This document shows, in pieces, positions 1 to 14,324 of a DNA stretch of 64,000 nt. Location of the stretch: assembly GCA_951406725.2 (NCBI GenBank), contig OX597819.1, positions 128,464,001-128,528,000 on the forward strand, in the 5' to 3' direction. This DNA comes from Octopus vulgaris. Its lineage: Eukaryota. The notes below the pieces were generated by a model. The model was not told where the DNA came from, made no database searches, and saw only the letters and a program-made list of their open reading frames with translations. The position numbers and the translations under genes are program-made. Within the stretch, counting starts at the first letter, position 1. Each line of letters begins with the position of its first letter.

Positions 1-157
1 TATACGACAGGCTTCTTTCAGTTACCATCTATCAAATCCACTCACAAATCTTTGGTTGACACGAAGCTACAGTAGATGACACTTGTCTAAGGTGCCATGC
101 AGTGGGACTGAACCCGGAAGCATGTGGTTGGGAGCAAGCGTCTTACCACACAGTCAC
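1..157 (-). mobile_element. tRNA-derived SINE family B, 5' part
   Basis: Reverse complement of the head of the 12482 copy (GGTTCAGTCCC box B, CACCTT..CAAGTGTC). Confidence 0.85.
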
Positions 158-429
158 GCAGATAGTCATAGTCGGCGATATAGCTTGCAGCTGGCCTTGT
201 TCGGTATGCGGTCTTGATAAGTCAAAACAATGGCGAGACATCGATGTCTGTCTCGCTTGAGCGTGGCTTACTTTCAGGTAGTTTTTGCACCAGGCGCATG
301 GAGAATATATTCTCTTACACCTAAAAATCGCAGCCGACCCACAAACTAAAAACCGCATATACCCTGTGTATTTGCGTTCGATTTTGTTTATATTTCTATA
401 AAATAATAAATGCGCCCTTTTAAAGCCTG

Positions 430-582
430 GCCTAGCCCGGTTTCTATGGCGTATGTGTTCCCCAGCTGGACGGGACGCCAGTCCATCGCAGCGTTACTCA
501 TTCTTGCCTGCTGAGTGGACTGGAGCAACGTGAAATGAAGTGTTTTGCTCAAGAACACAACGCGTCGCCCGGTCCAGGAATG
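430..582 (-). mobile_element. SINE fragment related to family D
   Basis: Shares ctggagcaacgtgaaat..gtgt..tgctcaagaacacaac with the 26105-26446 copy. Confidence 0.65.
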
Positions 583-1075
583 TGTATATATACGTGTATA
601 TATACAGACAGTCGCAATGGACAAACATTTTATTCATTTTTTTCAAAATTTATTTCGTTTTACTTTATTTGTTAATCTGTTATCAGTTTCCCTAAACTTG
701 GTATCTTGACATTTTTACTCCTTTACTTGATAGTATTCCAGCCAAATATTATTCACCTTTCAAGGAACTATTACTTGCATAAACAGAAAATAGATTTTTG
801 AACCAAAAGTACTTCGAATCCAACCATGAAAATTGCTTTAAATATCTGGTGCAACTACCGGAAACCTTTATGATGATATTCCGAAGAGAGAGCGTTTCTA
901 TGAGAAGCGGAAAGAAGATGCCAACAAATCGAATTTTGGCTTGAGAACTTAACAACTGTCGACCGATTTATTCAGCCTTTTAAAGATATTCTTTTTCACT
1001 AAGAATAGCTTAAGTTCAAGAAATCAATTGGAATGATTTCAATAGAATTTTTGGTTATTGTTGATGGACCCTCGG

Positions 1076-1124
1076 GTTAGCAACGAATAAACACGTTAGC
1101 AACGAATAAACACGTTAGCAACGA
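1076..1124. repeat. 19-bp tandem repeat (gttagcaacgaataaacac), about 2.5 copies
   Basis: Read directly from the sequence. Confidence 0.9.
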
Positions 1125-1489
1125 GGTTGAAGACGTCCCTTTTGTTACCATCCCATTGTTTTATATATCTAAGATTGCATTTTCCAGCGTAACCTTCCTT
1201 TTCTGTTTTAAAAACAGAAGTGTGTGATTTAGTTTCGATTCGGTTACTATTTCTAGTAAGTCAAATGACCGCATGTAGATTCTCTCATTGGCTTGTCGGA
1301 AACTTTATTCTTTAAGTGTAAGATAAACAACATTCTTCAAATTCACAATGACGAGCAGAATTGCAGATTTCACCTCTCCCGCTTCATGGAATACACTTAA
1401 ATAAATAAATAAAAATACTAATAAAAATATGAAAAAAAAGAAGGTAAAACATAAAAATAAGAAAAGGAACTGCAATGTTTGTGAGCTTT

Positions 1490-1885
<396 letters not shown>

Positions 1886-2373
1886 ATTGTATTATCGTGA
1901 TTAATTGTTACTTAGTATTTGTCTTGCCAACTTGAAAAAGTAAACTAATCTTCTAGATAATGACAGATTAAAAGTCCAGGAGGTATTTTCAAAATATAAA
2001 TACCTCAACCCCCAAATGAGAAGTTTTGTATAAAAAGCAAGATGTTTTGATGTTTCCATCGAAGATTGATGAAGACCCATCTGTCTTTCGAGAAATAATT
2101 AATGTATCTCACTTTCTTGTAAATGTTATTTGATCGATTTCTTTGAACAAAGACACGGGGTCACGAAAATGTTGCAACGGGGAGGAGGTATCGCCGTTCG
2201 AACAGACTCCAGAATATTTGTTCATTTTCTGCTTTAAAGTCATTGTACACTGCCGTGTACTGGTAAACTGTTTTTCATTTTCATTAACCCGCGTAATTTT
2301 GCTATTAATTTGCATCTCGCAATGGACGAAAAGCAAGGCGTACATAATAGTGGTTTTTCTCAAATTTATATAT

Positions 2374-2417
<44 letters not shown>

Positions 2418-2422
<5 letters not shown>

Positions 2423-2844
2423 GAAATGAGGTACTCAGAAAATCGGATGGTTTATACTTACAGATATTCATTTGTATATTACATTTTTTATATATCATAT
2501 AACTTAGATCATGTATTAGCGCTTTCTCCCATTCTAGTGGGGTTTTCAAATCAAACTAAGTTCCTGTGTGAGGAGTTTTGACCATTTTATAGTGGTATTG
2601 AGTTTGTGGTGGTGGGGAGGAATATAAGACAGTACAATATTCCTCCCCACCACCACAAACTCAATACCACTATAAAATGGTCAAAACTCCTCACACAGGA
2701 ACTTAGTTTGATTTGAAAACCCCACTAGAATGGGAGAAAGCGCTAATACATGATCTAAGTTATATGATATATAAAAAATGTAATATACAAATGAATATCT
2801 GTAAGTATAAACCATCCGATTTTCTGAGTACCTCATTTCTTCTA
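2418..2844. repeat. Perfect inverted repeat with 208-bp arms and an 11-nt spacer, between (TA)n tracts
   Basis: 2418-2625 is the reverse complement of 2637-2844. I saw no mismatch by eye. Confidence 0.93.
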
Positions 2845-2877
2845 ATATATAATACCTGTACATCATCTCCAAACCTT

Positions 2878-2958
<81 letters not shown>

Positions 2959-2959
2959 A

Positions 2960-3150
2960 TATGAATATGGTACTTAAGTTAAAAGCACCAGAATTTTATA
3001 TGGTATTATCCATATAAATCAAATGGGGTGATTATAATCCAAATAAGCAACAAGGATATCCAAGGTAGAGTAGTACAATTGTTTCATGTTACTTCCTTTT
3101 ATTAAACACTGTAAGTATTACATCAGTTTTAAAATGTCGAGCAATCATCA
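2960..3150. mobile_element. Microsatellite-embedded dispersed repeat, probably a Penelope-like terminus; second copy at 28985-29134
   Basis: The shared sequence is caccagaattt..tatggtattatccatataaatcaaatggggtgattataatc..aataagcaacaaggatatccaaggtagagtagtacaattg. The family assignment is inference. Confidence 0.55.
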
Positions 3151-3281
3151 GCTACGTATAGAATACATATATATACATATACTCCCGCATACATATATAT
3201 ATATATACACACACGCACACAAACATATATATGTATAAATATATATACACATACACATATATACGTATACATATGCATGTA

Positions 3282-3357
<76 letters not shown>

Positions 3358-3482
3358 TTATATATGTGTGTGTGCATATATCCATTGTGTTGAAATACAT
3401 AGACTAAATTAGTATTGGCGAATACATATAAGTCTGTATATGTATTGGTGAATGTATATTAGTTTAAAGTACATGAATAACT

Positions 3483-4237
3483 TCACACATCAGCAGATCC
3501 GCCACCACTTGTTTGCAGTGGAACCAAGTGCTCATCTTCTTTCTCAAAGTTGTACACCCTTTGGTCTAAAGTCACCAACTCACTTTTTCTTCCCCCATCT
3601 ACTCCAGAATTAAATACCGATTCCCTTCCCCCCCCCCCCATCTTCTCCCCGCAGCTCCACCGCAATCCAACGTACAGCCTACCCACCCTCCTAAACTATC
3701 CGTATCTCTCCTATCACCTTCTCCACACTTACCTACGTACCCAGAACACACTAACACAGCATCCACATACGTACATTTACATACACACCTTCCTTTCGTC
3801 GCACCCCCTCCTCTCACACTCATACGCATATAAACACATGGAGACACCTTTATTCATCTACGCCTTGTCTCTTTGGTTCACACATTCATATGTGATTACA
3901 CACGTACCCTCACGTACGTTCTTCGCACACGCACATAGACACACATATTGCTATTCACACCCTCCCCCGTTTTATCTCCTAACACATACACACACACACA
4001 TACACACACACACCGGTACGCAGACACACACCTCCTTGCATACACACACACGCGCGCACATCTACATACACACACATATGCACACTCACTCACACTCTCA
4101 TACATATGTCTACCACTATATGACCATTCACTCCCTACAATACATGCTTATATAAAGGGACTCGCACACTCCCTCATATCATCAACGCCACCGTACTTTC
4201 ACATTTGCACATCTTTACACACATACACCACACTAAG

Positions 4238-4281
<44 letters not shown>

Positions 4282-4700
4282 GCACACATACACACACGCA
4301 CACACCACATTCACACTAATGCTCACATCCAGACACATATACACGCTGGCACTTGCATCTACACAATCCTTTCTTCCTTCTTAACTCTCCCCTCACATAG
4401 AAGAGCATTTTTACCTGGTTTTAAACCTTCATTTTTTGTTTGTTTTGCATATTTCACTATTTTTCTTTTACACTTCTCCTATGCTTCTTTCTTTCCTTCT
4501 TTTTCTTTTTCTGATGAATAACTAACGTCCGAAACATTGGGACAGTGTCTCTTTTCATTAAAGCGTTAAACTAATACCTTATTTATCAAAACTTGTTTTC
4601 TTGTGCTGTCTTATGAAAAAGCAAAGATTTCCCTCTAGGTTTGAACTCCGAGAAAAGAAATCTCAATACGCCATCTTTATCTTTGTAACGCCTGTATTTT
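3483..4700 (+). mobile_element. Degenerate 3' end of a Penelope-like retroelement
   Basis: Near 3525-3570 one frame reads QVLIFFLKVVHP, similar to Penelope-like ORF C-termini (LIFxLxTxxPxGLN). A CA-rich tail follows, then a decayed CTGATGA...GAAAC motif at 4511-4535. Confidence 0.45.
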
Positions 4701-4849
4701 ATCTATATGTAGGAAAAGCTATTGGTGGGTGTCTATCAGTGAGGTGTGTGTCTGATGTAAAAAAATATTATTTTCGAACCCGCATACACTCACAAACATA
4801 CACAAACTCACAAGCGCATACACACGAACATGCGCACACATACACACCT

Positions 4850-5192
<343 letters not shown>

Positions 5193-6140
5193 TGTATGTA
5201 TACACACACACACTCACATTATCTGTCAGTTTAAAAGGCGATTGGTTATGTAAATCATTAAATTTTCAAATCAAATATTACAGCTACAAACGCTTTTCTC
5301 ATTTGTTGTTGCTATTGTTGTTGTTGTTGCCGTTTTTTTAATATTAGTTAAAAGTATTATCTCTGCTAAGTAATATCAAACATAATACTGCCTCATCCGA
5401 TTTCCTCCCCCAATATTACCGTTATTTGGTGCATAGCTAATCGAAAAATCCTAAGTAAATTGCGTTCAGAAATGGATTTGGCTTCATTGCAAACAGTATT
5501 TCTTATTCGTTGCAGTTTTATCATCAACTTTCTATGCCAATCGCTGCTTTATAGTTGTTGCTGTTTCTGTTGTTGTTGCTGTGTGTCCGATGTAATTGCA
5601 GTTTCCATCGCCGTCGTCAGTGAAGTCGTTATCGTCATCATCATCATCATCGGTGGTGGCGTCGTTGTCATCGTCATCATTGCCATTGTCATCATTGCAT
5701 TGCGTTGTTCTTCGTTACATTGCATATGTTACCATACTGTTTAAATACCTTTGTCCATTGGTATGTAACAGCAAGAAGTGTTGTTGTTGTTGTTGTTGTT
5801 GCTCGTGGTGGTGATGCTAATGGTTTTTATGGTGGCGGTGGTGGCGGTGGTGGTGGTGGTGAAGCTAATGCTGCTACTGCGGCTGCTGCTGCTGTTGTTA
5901 TTGTCTAGGAAGATAAACAACACTCGTTCTGGTTCTGTTCATTATCTGCAATCAGTGAAAAATACGAGTGAGTGAGGTGGGGGGGGGGGGTGGAGTTGCA
6001 GAATGTGGGGGAGGAGTTTGAATGTGACAAAGAGAGCGACAGAAAAGATAGAGTGAAAGAGGAGAATATATATATATATATATATATAGTGTGTGTGTGT
6101 ATACAAACGCACACATACACACGCTAACGGATTTGCATAC

Positions 6141-6193
<53 letters not shown>

Positions 6194-6327
6194 TACATAT
6201 ATACATACATACATACATATGTGTATATATATATGTATGTATATACGCACACAAATATATATAATATACGCACATATGTAAAGTATAAATGAATATATAT
6301 ATACATAAATATATATATGTATATATG

Positions 6328-6378
<51 letters not shown>

Positions 6379-6540
6379 CACATTTATGTAAATATGTGTG
6401 TGTACATATATATATATACATACACACACATACATATACATATAAAGAGGGAGAGAGAGAGAGAATAGGTCGCTATATGTAATTGTTTCACACAAATATA
6501 TAGGTACATGTGTGGTAAAAGGTACTCTGTGTGTGTGTGT

Positions 6541-6613
<73 letters not shown>

Positions 6614-6817
6614 GCGCACGCGTACGTGTGTGAGTGATCGAAATGAAGCTATGTCGACAAAAATAACATTGTCACCGCCACGAAGCGAAGCGATTTATAT
6701 TGGGGAGAAGATTGGAATCGACTGGAGAAAACCAACTTATAATATATAGTATTTGTATGAATGCGAACAACAAACGACAACAACAACAACAACAACAATA
6801 GCGACAACGACAACGAC

Positions 6818-6856
<39 letters not shown>

Positions 6857-7192
6857 TAATCTCAGATCGTGTGTATCCTCTGAAGCAAATAGTTTGACCA
6901 GGGAAATGTTGTTAGAAAGAGCTTAACAAAAGCGTAACCATTTTCAACTGAACAAAGCTCTCTATTCTATTAGGAAACTTGCCATGTCAACAGAAGTTTC
7001 CAAGACCAGCTTGATGTTGTTTGAGAGAGAGGGTGGGGAGGAGGAGGGGGAGGAGGAGGAGGAGGAGGAGGTGGAAGAGGAGAGGGGGGAGAGAGGAAGA
7101 GGAGAAGAGGGAAGTTTTGGAAGGGGTATTTTTTTTTTTTTTTTTTTTCGTTATTCGATCACATTTGCAATTTTGGTTTTTCAAATAAGCAG

Positions 7193-7351
7193 TTATCACC
7201 CAGGAATTCCTGAAGCTCCGATGCCGCCGCCGCCGCCGCCACCGCCGCCACCGCCGCCACCGAATACGTACGAAGATGGAAGAAGTGAAACAATTGTAAC
7301 CAACACCAATAAAGACAGCTTCGAATTACTCTCTGACCAACCGACTAACCG
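7193..7351 (+). CDS. Candidate internal exon of an unidentified gene: YHPGIPEAPMPPPPPPPPPPPPPNTYEDGRSETIVTNTNKDSFELLSDQPTN(R)
   Basis: A pyrimidine tract precedes aagcag|T and the donor is CG|gtcagt. The exon is 159 nt, symmetric phase 2-2, and looks protein-like outside the poly-Pro run. I recognise no homolog. Confidence 0.4.
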
Positions 7352-7439
7352 GTCAGTCGACGCACCGACCGCCTGACCCACCGACTGACCGACCGACATA
7401 GGGGCTGGCTGTGTTTACCACTGCCGTCACTCCTACTCA

Positions 7440-7860
7440 TACTACACTGTAGTCACCGCCGCCACCACTACCACCACTGTCGCCACCACTGCCACCAGTA
7501 TGGCCACCACCACCACCACCATCACTGCCACTGCCACCACCACCACCGCAAACACCTACATCACCACCAACACCGCCACTACCACCATCAACACCGCCAC
7601 TACCACCACCACCACCTCCACCACCGCCAACACCAACACCATAACTACCACCACCACCGCCACTAACACCACCCCACCACCGCCACCACCACCATCATCG
7701 CCTTCACCACAACCATACTATTAGAAAGACTATCACACTACCACCGCCACGGTAATCAGCAATCTGCAACGTTATTATGACCACAACCAACACTACCCTC
7801 AACCAACACCACCGCCAACATATCCACAGTGACCACCACCACCGACATCTTATTGATAAT
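7440..7860. repeat. Degenerate (ACC)n low-complexity tract
   Basis: Read directly from the sequence. Confidence 0.85.
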
Positions 7861-8089
7861 CATCACTGTCATGATTTCTGTCAAACACTCCCGTCATCAT
7901 AACGACCGCGTGATCGCAACAAATGCTAACAAAAATGTTAACAAAACCTATCGCAACAACGACTTTCATCCTAATCAGAACCATTTCCACCATCAACATA
8001 AACCACAAACCTAGGACAATTCCTTTCCTTTTTACAATCTCACATAGCAGCACTTGCAAGTCTCTTCCTCCACCCTCTTTCTCTTCTCC

Positions 8090-8141
8090 CCTTCTTCTTC
8101 TTCTTCTTCTTCTTCTTCTTCTTCTTCTTCTTCTTCTTCTT
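8090..8141. repeat. (CTT)n microsatellite
   Basis: Read directly from the sequence. Confidence 0.95.
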
Positions 8142-8694
8142 TCATTTTCGTTGTCGGCGGCATAATTTTGTTGCAAGCTGTATACCCCCACCTTCCATTC
8201 CACCACCAAAAAATTTACGTCTCATTTACATAGGTTTCACTTTTATAAATTCTCTTTAGCCACCCACTAATATCGATAGTCTTATGCACGGTCGTACATA
8301 AGTATATACTTTTATACATGTATGTATGTATGCATGTATGTATTTGTGTCTGGTTGCGTGTACGTTTCGTATGTCAGCGTTTGCGTTTGATGTTAAAACA
8401 ATCTCTATTTTGTATTTCTATTTTCTTTCTCTATTTCTCTTTTTCCTTACATACACACACACACACACACATACATATGCACACACGTATGCATGTATGT
8501 ATGTATGTATGTATGTATGTATGTATGTATGTATGTATGGTTGTATGTATGTATGCATGTATGTATGTATGTATGTATGTATGTATGTATGTATGTATGT
8601 ATGTATGTATGTATGTATCCCAGTATGTATGTATGTATGTATGTATGTATGTATGTATGTATGTATGTATGTATGTATGTTTTGTAAGTGTGTA

Positions 8695-9540
8695 CGAATG
8701 TGGGCTGAAAAGTTCATGCTGTGAAATCTGGCGGGCATTATTTTCCAGATCTCCTTATTAATAACTGCATTGCTTCATTCCAGGTGAACTGGCATTTGAC
8801 TGTTCAAAGAAATACTTCAGAAATAACTAATGGCGACTTCTCTTGAAATTTTGGCATCGTGATGATATCAAGTACCTGCAGTAAAAGGGTTTAGCCCCCA
8901 AAGACATTCATGTTGATATGGTTGCTATGTTAGGGGATGACACCCCAGCTTGATCAACAGTTCAAAAGTGGGCAGTGGATTTTGGAAGGGAATGGAGAGC
9001 GTTGAAGATGACCCAATGTCTGAACGGCCTGCAACCGCCACTGCCGAGGAAAACATTGATCGATGGTGATGGAAGACAGGCGATTGATTATAAATCAAAT
9101 AGCCGATGCTGTTAGCATATCCTGTGAGAGAGTTGAGGATATTCTGAACAATGAAGTTGGCATGACGAAGATTTCTGCTTGGTGGGCGCCACGTCTTCTG
9201 ACACCTGATCAAAAGTGCACTGGCTTATCTCATAACAGGAAAATCTGACATCGTTTGAGGCAAATCCAGCTGGTTTCCTTAAACGTTTCTTAACCCATGA
9301 TGAGTGTTGGCTTCACTTTGAGCCAGAAACAATGACAGTATGTGGGCTGAAACACCCTTCCTCACTTTCTCTAAAGAAGGTCATGGTCGTTTCATCCGCA
9401 GGGAAGGTGATGGTCTCAGATTTTGAGGGATACAAAAGCCATAGTGTTTATTGGCTATTTTCAAAAGGACTGCACCATCAATGAAAAGTACCATGCCAAC
9501 TTGCTGTGGCAATTATGAAAATCCAGCAAGACCAAACATC
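8695..9540 (+). mobile_element. Degenerate, 3'-truncated mariner transposon flanked by (TATG)n
   Basis: TA is followed by a left TIR, cgaatgtgggctgaaaagttcat. Frameshifted transposase remnants include EDRRLIINQIADAVSIS..KISAWWAPRLLTPDQK. It is the same family as 21991-22822. Confidence 0.88.
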
Positions 9541-9852
9541 GTATGTATGTATGTATGTATGTATGTATGTATGTATGTATGTATGTATGTACGTACGTAT
9601 GTATGTATGTACGTATGTATGTATGTACGTACGTATGTATGTACGTATGTATGTCCGTATGTATGTATGATTGCAGCCTTCCTGGGACACTGCCTCTAAC
9701 TGTTTTAGCCGATCATATCGACCCCGATCATATTAGTTTAATGTTTATTTTATCGATCTGTCAAACCGCCAGGGCAGCAAATACCACTTTTTTTAGAGAA
9801 TAAGCCGAAACATCAACATAAACTCAGATGGACACAAACGCAGTTTGACAAA

Positions 9853-10042
9853 GCGGTACTTCGTCTGCCGTTACGTTCTGAGTTCAAATTCTGCCGAGGC
9901 CGACTTTGCCTTTCATCCTTTCGGGGTCGATAAATTAAGTACCAGTTACACACTGGGGTCGATGTAATCGACTTAACCCCTTTGTCTGTCCTTGTTTGTC
10001 CCCTCTGTGTTTAGCCCCTTGTGGGTAGTAAAGAAATAGATA
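9853..10042 (+). mobile_element. SINE family A, 5'-truncated
   Basis: gagttcaaatt box B, then gcctttcatcctttcggggtcgataaattaagtaccag, and the tail gtgggtagtaaagaaata. Confidence 0.9.
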
Positions 10043-10476
10043 AAACATAAACCTGCTCCATCATAGCTAAATTGAAATAAAACAAATTGTGAGTTCGATT
10101 CCCGGCGACGCACTGTATCCTTGAGCAAGACATTTTACCTGCTCCAGTGCACTCAGCTGGCAGAAATAACTTGTACATGTATTTCAAAGAGCAGCCTTGT
10201 CGCATTCTACGTCACGTTAAATCTCCCGTTAAGGGTATGCAGTATCTCCGGAGTGTTCAGCCACTTGCACGTAAATTTCACGAGCAGGCTGTTCCGTTGG
10301 TCAGATCAAATGACACTCTCGTCGTCGCAACCGACGGAGTGCCAGTTTGAATATCAAACAGTTTCTGCGTCCAATTTCCTTCTATAGAAATATTACTTAC
10401 ACAGGCTTTCACTCATTTCGTAAAAAAAAACAATATATAAACAATTCATTGGTTTCTAAACTTTCCTCAGTTAATA

Positions 10477-10700
10477 TATATTTCTTTTATTGCCCACAAG
10501 GGGCTAAACACAGAGGGGACAAACAAGGACAGACAAACGGATTAAGTCGATTACATCGACCCCAGTGCGAAACTGGTACTTTATTTATCGACCCCGAAAG
10601 CATGAAAGGCAAAGTCGACCTCGGCGGAATTTGAACTCAGAACGTAGCGGCAGACGAAATACCGCTGAGCATTTCGCCCGGCGTGCTAACGATTCTGCCC
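10477..10700 (-). mobile_element. SINE family A
   Basis: Reverse complement of family A, with CpGs intact. Confidence 0.9.
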
Positions 10701-10792
10701 CAGGTAATATATATGATCGATTCTTTAGCTATCACAGCAAATTGTCATGGCTACAATCAGAATTATCTTCTTTCTTTTGTCTATACATACAG

Positions 10793-10839
<47 letters not shown>

Positions 10840-11001
10840 CTGTGTGTCTGTGTGTCTGTATGTATGTATGTATGTGTGCGCGCTTGTAACTGGTTTACAG
10901 ACGTGTATAATAATATATATGAATGTATAGGTATTTAATATATATGTGTGTGTGTATGTATTTTTGTATATGTGTGTATATATGCACCTATATGTATATA
11001 A

Positions 11002-11047
<46 letters not shown>

Positions 11048-11077
11048 GCATTTATATATGTGTGTATGCATGTGCAC

Positions 11078-11140
<63 letters not shown>

Positions 11141-11848
11141 TATTTACATACATACACACTCCACATACGCACACACACATGCATATAAATATTAGTTGTG
11201 TGTAATGTATATATATATTTATGTATGTATGTACATATGTATGTTTGAATGAATATATGTGTGCATGTGCGTGTGTGTGTGTCTATGTTTGCGTGTGTGC
11301 GTGTGTTATTTCTCTGTACTCTTTCTTCCTATCTATATTCATGGAAACAACCAATCACCAATGCCTGTTCGCATGGAACAACTCGCCAAATACAGAACAT
11401 AAGCCAAACAGCGTGGCTATCAAACTATGATAACGTGTGCGCGTATGTATCTCTGTGTGTTTGCGTTTATCGTGGCTTTTACTCCATTCATACAACGGCA
11501 AACCTAATGGGCTTATATTCTTTGGGATTTGATTGTGTTTGTAGCCGAATATTTCTAACAAATAAGAAAGCAGAGGAAGACAACCAAAGCCTTTGAATGG
11601 TAACAGTTTGAATAAGGTGCGCTCCGTCTTTATATATCGTTTGCTTCTGTTATCGTTTCCACATAGCTTTATTTGTATAGTGTGTGGGGGTGTGTAAGTG
11701 CGTGCGTACGTGTGTGGTGTATGCACGCTTATGTACCTAAACACGTTTATATGTATGCAAACATATCTCCATATGTGTGTGTATATATGTATATATGTAT
11801 GCATGTTTGTGCTTTTGTATGTGCGCACACACACGCACACATACACAC

Positions 11849-11898
<50 letters not shown>

Positions 11899-11918
11899 TC
11901 ACACACATACCTATGGAT

Positions 11919-11968
<50 letters not shown>

Positions 11969-12481
11969 GTGCGCGTGCATAGAACAGTTACGTGGTTTAA
12001 CGGTTTTAAAGTTTGACTCATGGGTTCAGTTCCTGAATCGGGCGGTAAGACCCATTCATCCACATTCTTACAGACTACTCACCTTTAATGATACCAACCG
12101 GCTTTTGCTACAGCCTGTCCTCCCACCGATTCTTTCTTGGATGCTCCACAGTGTCAAACCTGAGTGAGGTGTGGGGATGGGGCGAAAGGATACCAACGTT
12201 CCTTCGTGACTTTACAGGCACTCAATACAATATACTTAAGCATCTCTTTATTTTTCTCTCTACTAGCCAATCCATTCCGTAGACGAGCGTATGCTCGGAA
12301 CATTAAGCACTTCTTCTTGTTTTCCTGAACGTCAACCTTGATACAGCCTGTTTTGATATTTTGTTTTTTACCTTGTCGATGTATCTTTTTGCTTTGTTTT
12401 TTTTTGTACCAAACCGTGGTACACGTTACCAGTGTTTGCTAGCGAGTAATGGTTGATTGTACTTATATATATATATATATA

Positions 12482-12646
12482 GGCGCAGGAGTGGCTGTGT
12501 GGTAAGTAGCTTGTTTACCAACCACATGGTTCCGGGTTCAGTCCCACTGCGTGGAACCTTGGGCAAGTGTCTTCTACCATAGCTTCGGGCCGACCAAAGC
12601 CTTGTGAGTGGATTTGGTAGACTGAAACTGAAAGAAGCCTGCCGTA

Positions 12647-12677
<31 letters not shown>

Positions 12678-12900
12678 GCGTGTGTGTGTTTGTGTGTCTG
12701 TGTTTGTCCCCTTAGCATTGCTTGACAACCGATGCTGGTGTGTTTATGTCCCCGTTACTTAGCGGTTCGGCAAAAGAGACCGATAGGATAAGTACTGGGA
12801 TTACAAAAAGAATAAGTCCCGGGGTCGAGTTACTCGATTAAAGGCAGTGCTCCAGCATGGCCGCAGTCAAATGACTGAAACAAGTAAAAGAGTAAAAGAG

Positions 12901-12902
<2 letters not shown>
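12482..12902 (+). mobile_element. SINE family B, full length
   Basis: tRNA-like head with box A (tggctgtgtgg) and box B (ggttcagtccc), an internal (TA)n/(TG)n tract and an (AGTAAAAG)n tail. It is inserted in (TA)n. Confidence 0.92.
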
Positions 12903-12969
<67 letters not shown>

Positions 12970-13702
12970 AACGGCAGTGGTAAGTGCGGTCATTGTCATA
13001 TGGAAAGGTGGCTCATCGGGAAAAGCAGCTTAGACTCCGCTACATGTCTGAATTCAAGAACTGAACTTTTTGGTTCATGTCCATATGGGGCTAAATATTT
13101 ATTACGTTTTTGGCCCCAACAAGATCACAGATAGAACTTGCTTTTTATATTGTATCCACGTACAAGCTTTTTATCTCGCTATATTTTTTATATATGTTTC
13201 TTATATATTTTTAAAATATTTTTTTACATATTTATAGAGATATATTTTTATATTTTTATTGCTTCATATATTTTTACCCCCTTTTTTTCCTGTATTTTAC
13301 CTTCCACCTTGCATTTTTCCTGTGCATGTGCGTATATAGACATGTATATGAAATTTTAGTGTGTGCGTGTGCGCGGATATGTATATATATATATATATAT
13401 ACATGTATATGCACATGGTGCATATATACGTAGGTATCCAGGCGAGTGTAAGTAAGCATATGCATATATAGCATGTATGCTTTTTAGACGTGCATTTGAA
13501 TATGACTGTGCGCGTATGTGTGTGCGCGCGCGTGGGTATTTGATTATAACTGTGTGCGTATGGGTATGTGCACGTGTGTGGGTGTGTGTGGTTTTGTATA
13601 CATGTACATGCATGGTTGCATACATAAGTGCATCTCTTTTGGCGTATATGTGGGTGCGCATACGTGTGTAACATACGAGTCTGTGTGAGCATATGCATAT
13701 AT

Positions 13703-13920
13703 ATTTCTTTACTGCCCACAAGGGGCTAAACATAGAGGGGACAAACAAGGACATTAAGTCGATTACATTGACCCCAGTTCGAAACTGGTACTTTATTTAT
13801 CGACCCCGAATGGATAAAAGGCAAAGTCGACCTCAGCGGAATTTGAACTCAGAACGTAACGGCAGACGAAATACTGCTAAGCATTTCGCCCGGCGTGCTA
13901 ACGTTTCTGCCAGCTCACCA
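13703..13920 (-). mobile_element. SINE family A
   Basis: Reverse complement of family A. Confidence 0.88.
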
Positions 13921-14324
13921 CATGTACATGGGTGTGCGTGCGCATATGTGTATTTATGTACATGCGCGCACACGCGATTGCTATAAGCTTTCTTACTCCT
14001 TTACTTTTTACTTCCTCCCCTTCGGTCATTCCCTTATTTAACGGTCATTCTAATGGCTCTTTTTGTCTTAATAACGGCCATTTACATGGTAATTTCCCTT
14101 TGTTTAACGGTCATTTTCATAGCATATTTTAATTGCCTCGATAACTGAAGAGATGCCGGTATATACCAAATATATACGTTTTTATTATTATTTTGCATTT
14201 TACTTAATCTTCGGTATATTATTGTTATTTTATTGTTAATATTTCTATTATATGTAATTTTCTAGATGGTGTAATTTAATTGTTCATTTTGAATTGATAA
14301 AAGGTGTTTTTTTCTAATTTTTGT

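Noticed and set aside
749-955. Possible exon in unique sequence (minus ORF with an AAG|gtgaat donor; plus frame NLYDDIPKRERFYEK)
   Set aside because: There is no convincing acceptor, the plus frame is closed by an upstream stop, and I recognise no homology.
6984-7376. 130-aa single-exon ORF
   Set aside because: The 5' half is (GAG)n and poly-T that looks like an intronic pyrimidine tract. Only 7193-7351 was kept as a candidate exon.
12482-12550. tRNA genes at SINE heads (also 20060, 26446 and 57250)
   Set aside because: They have A/B boxes but continue into SINE bodies and lack a complete cloverleaf.
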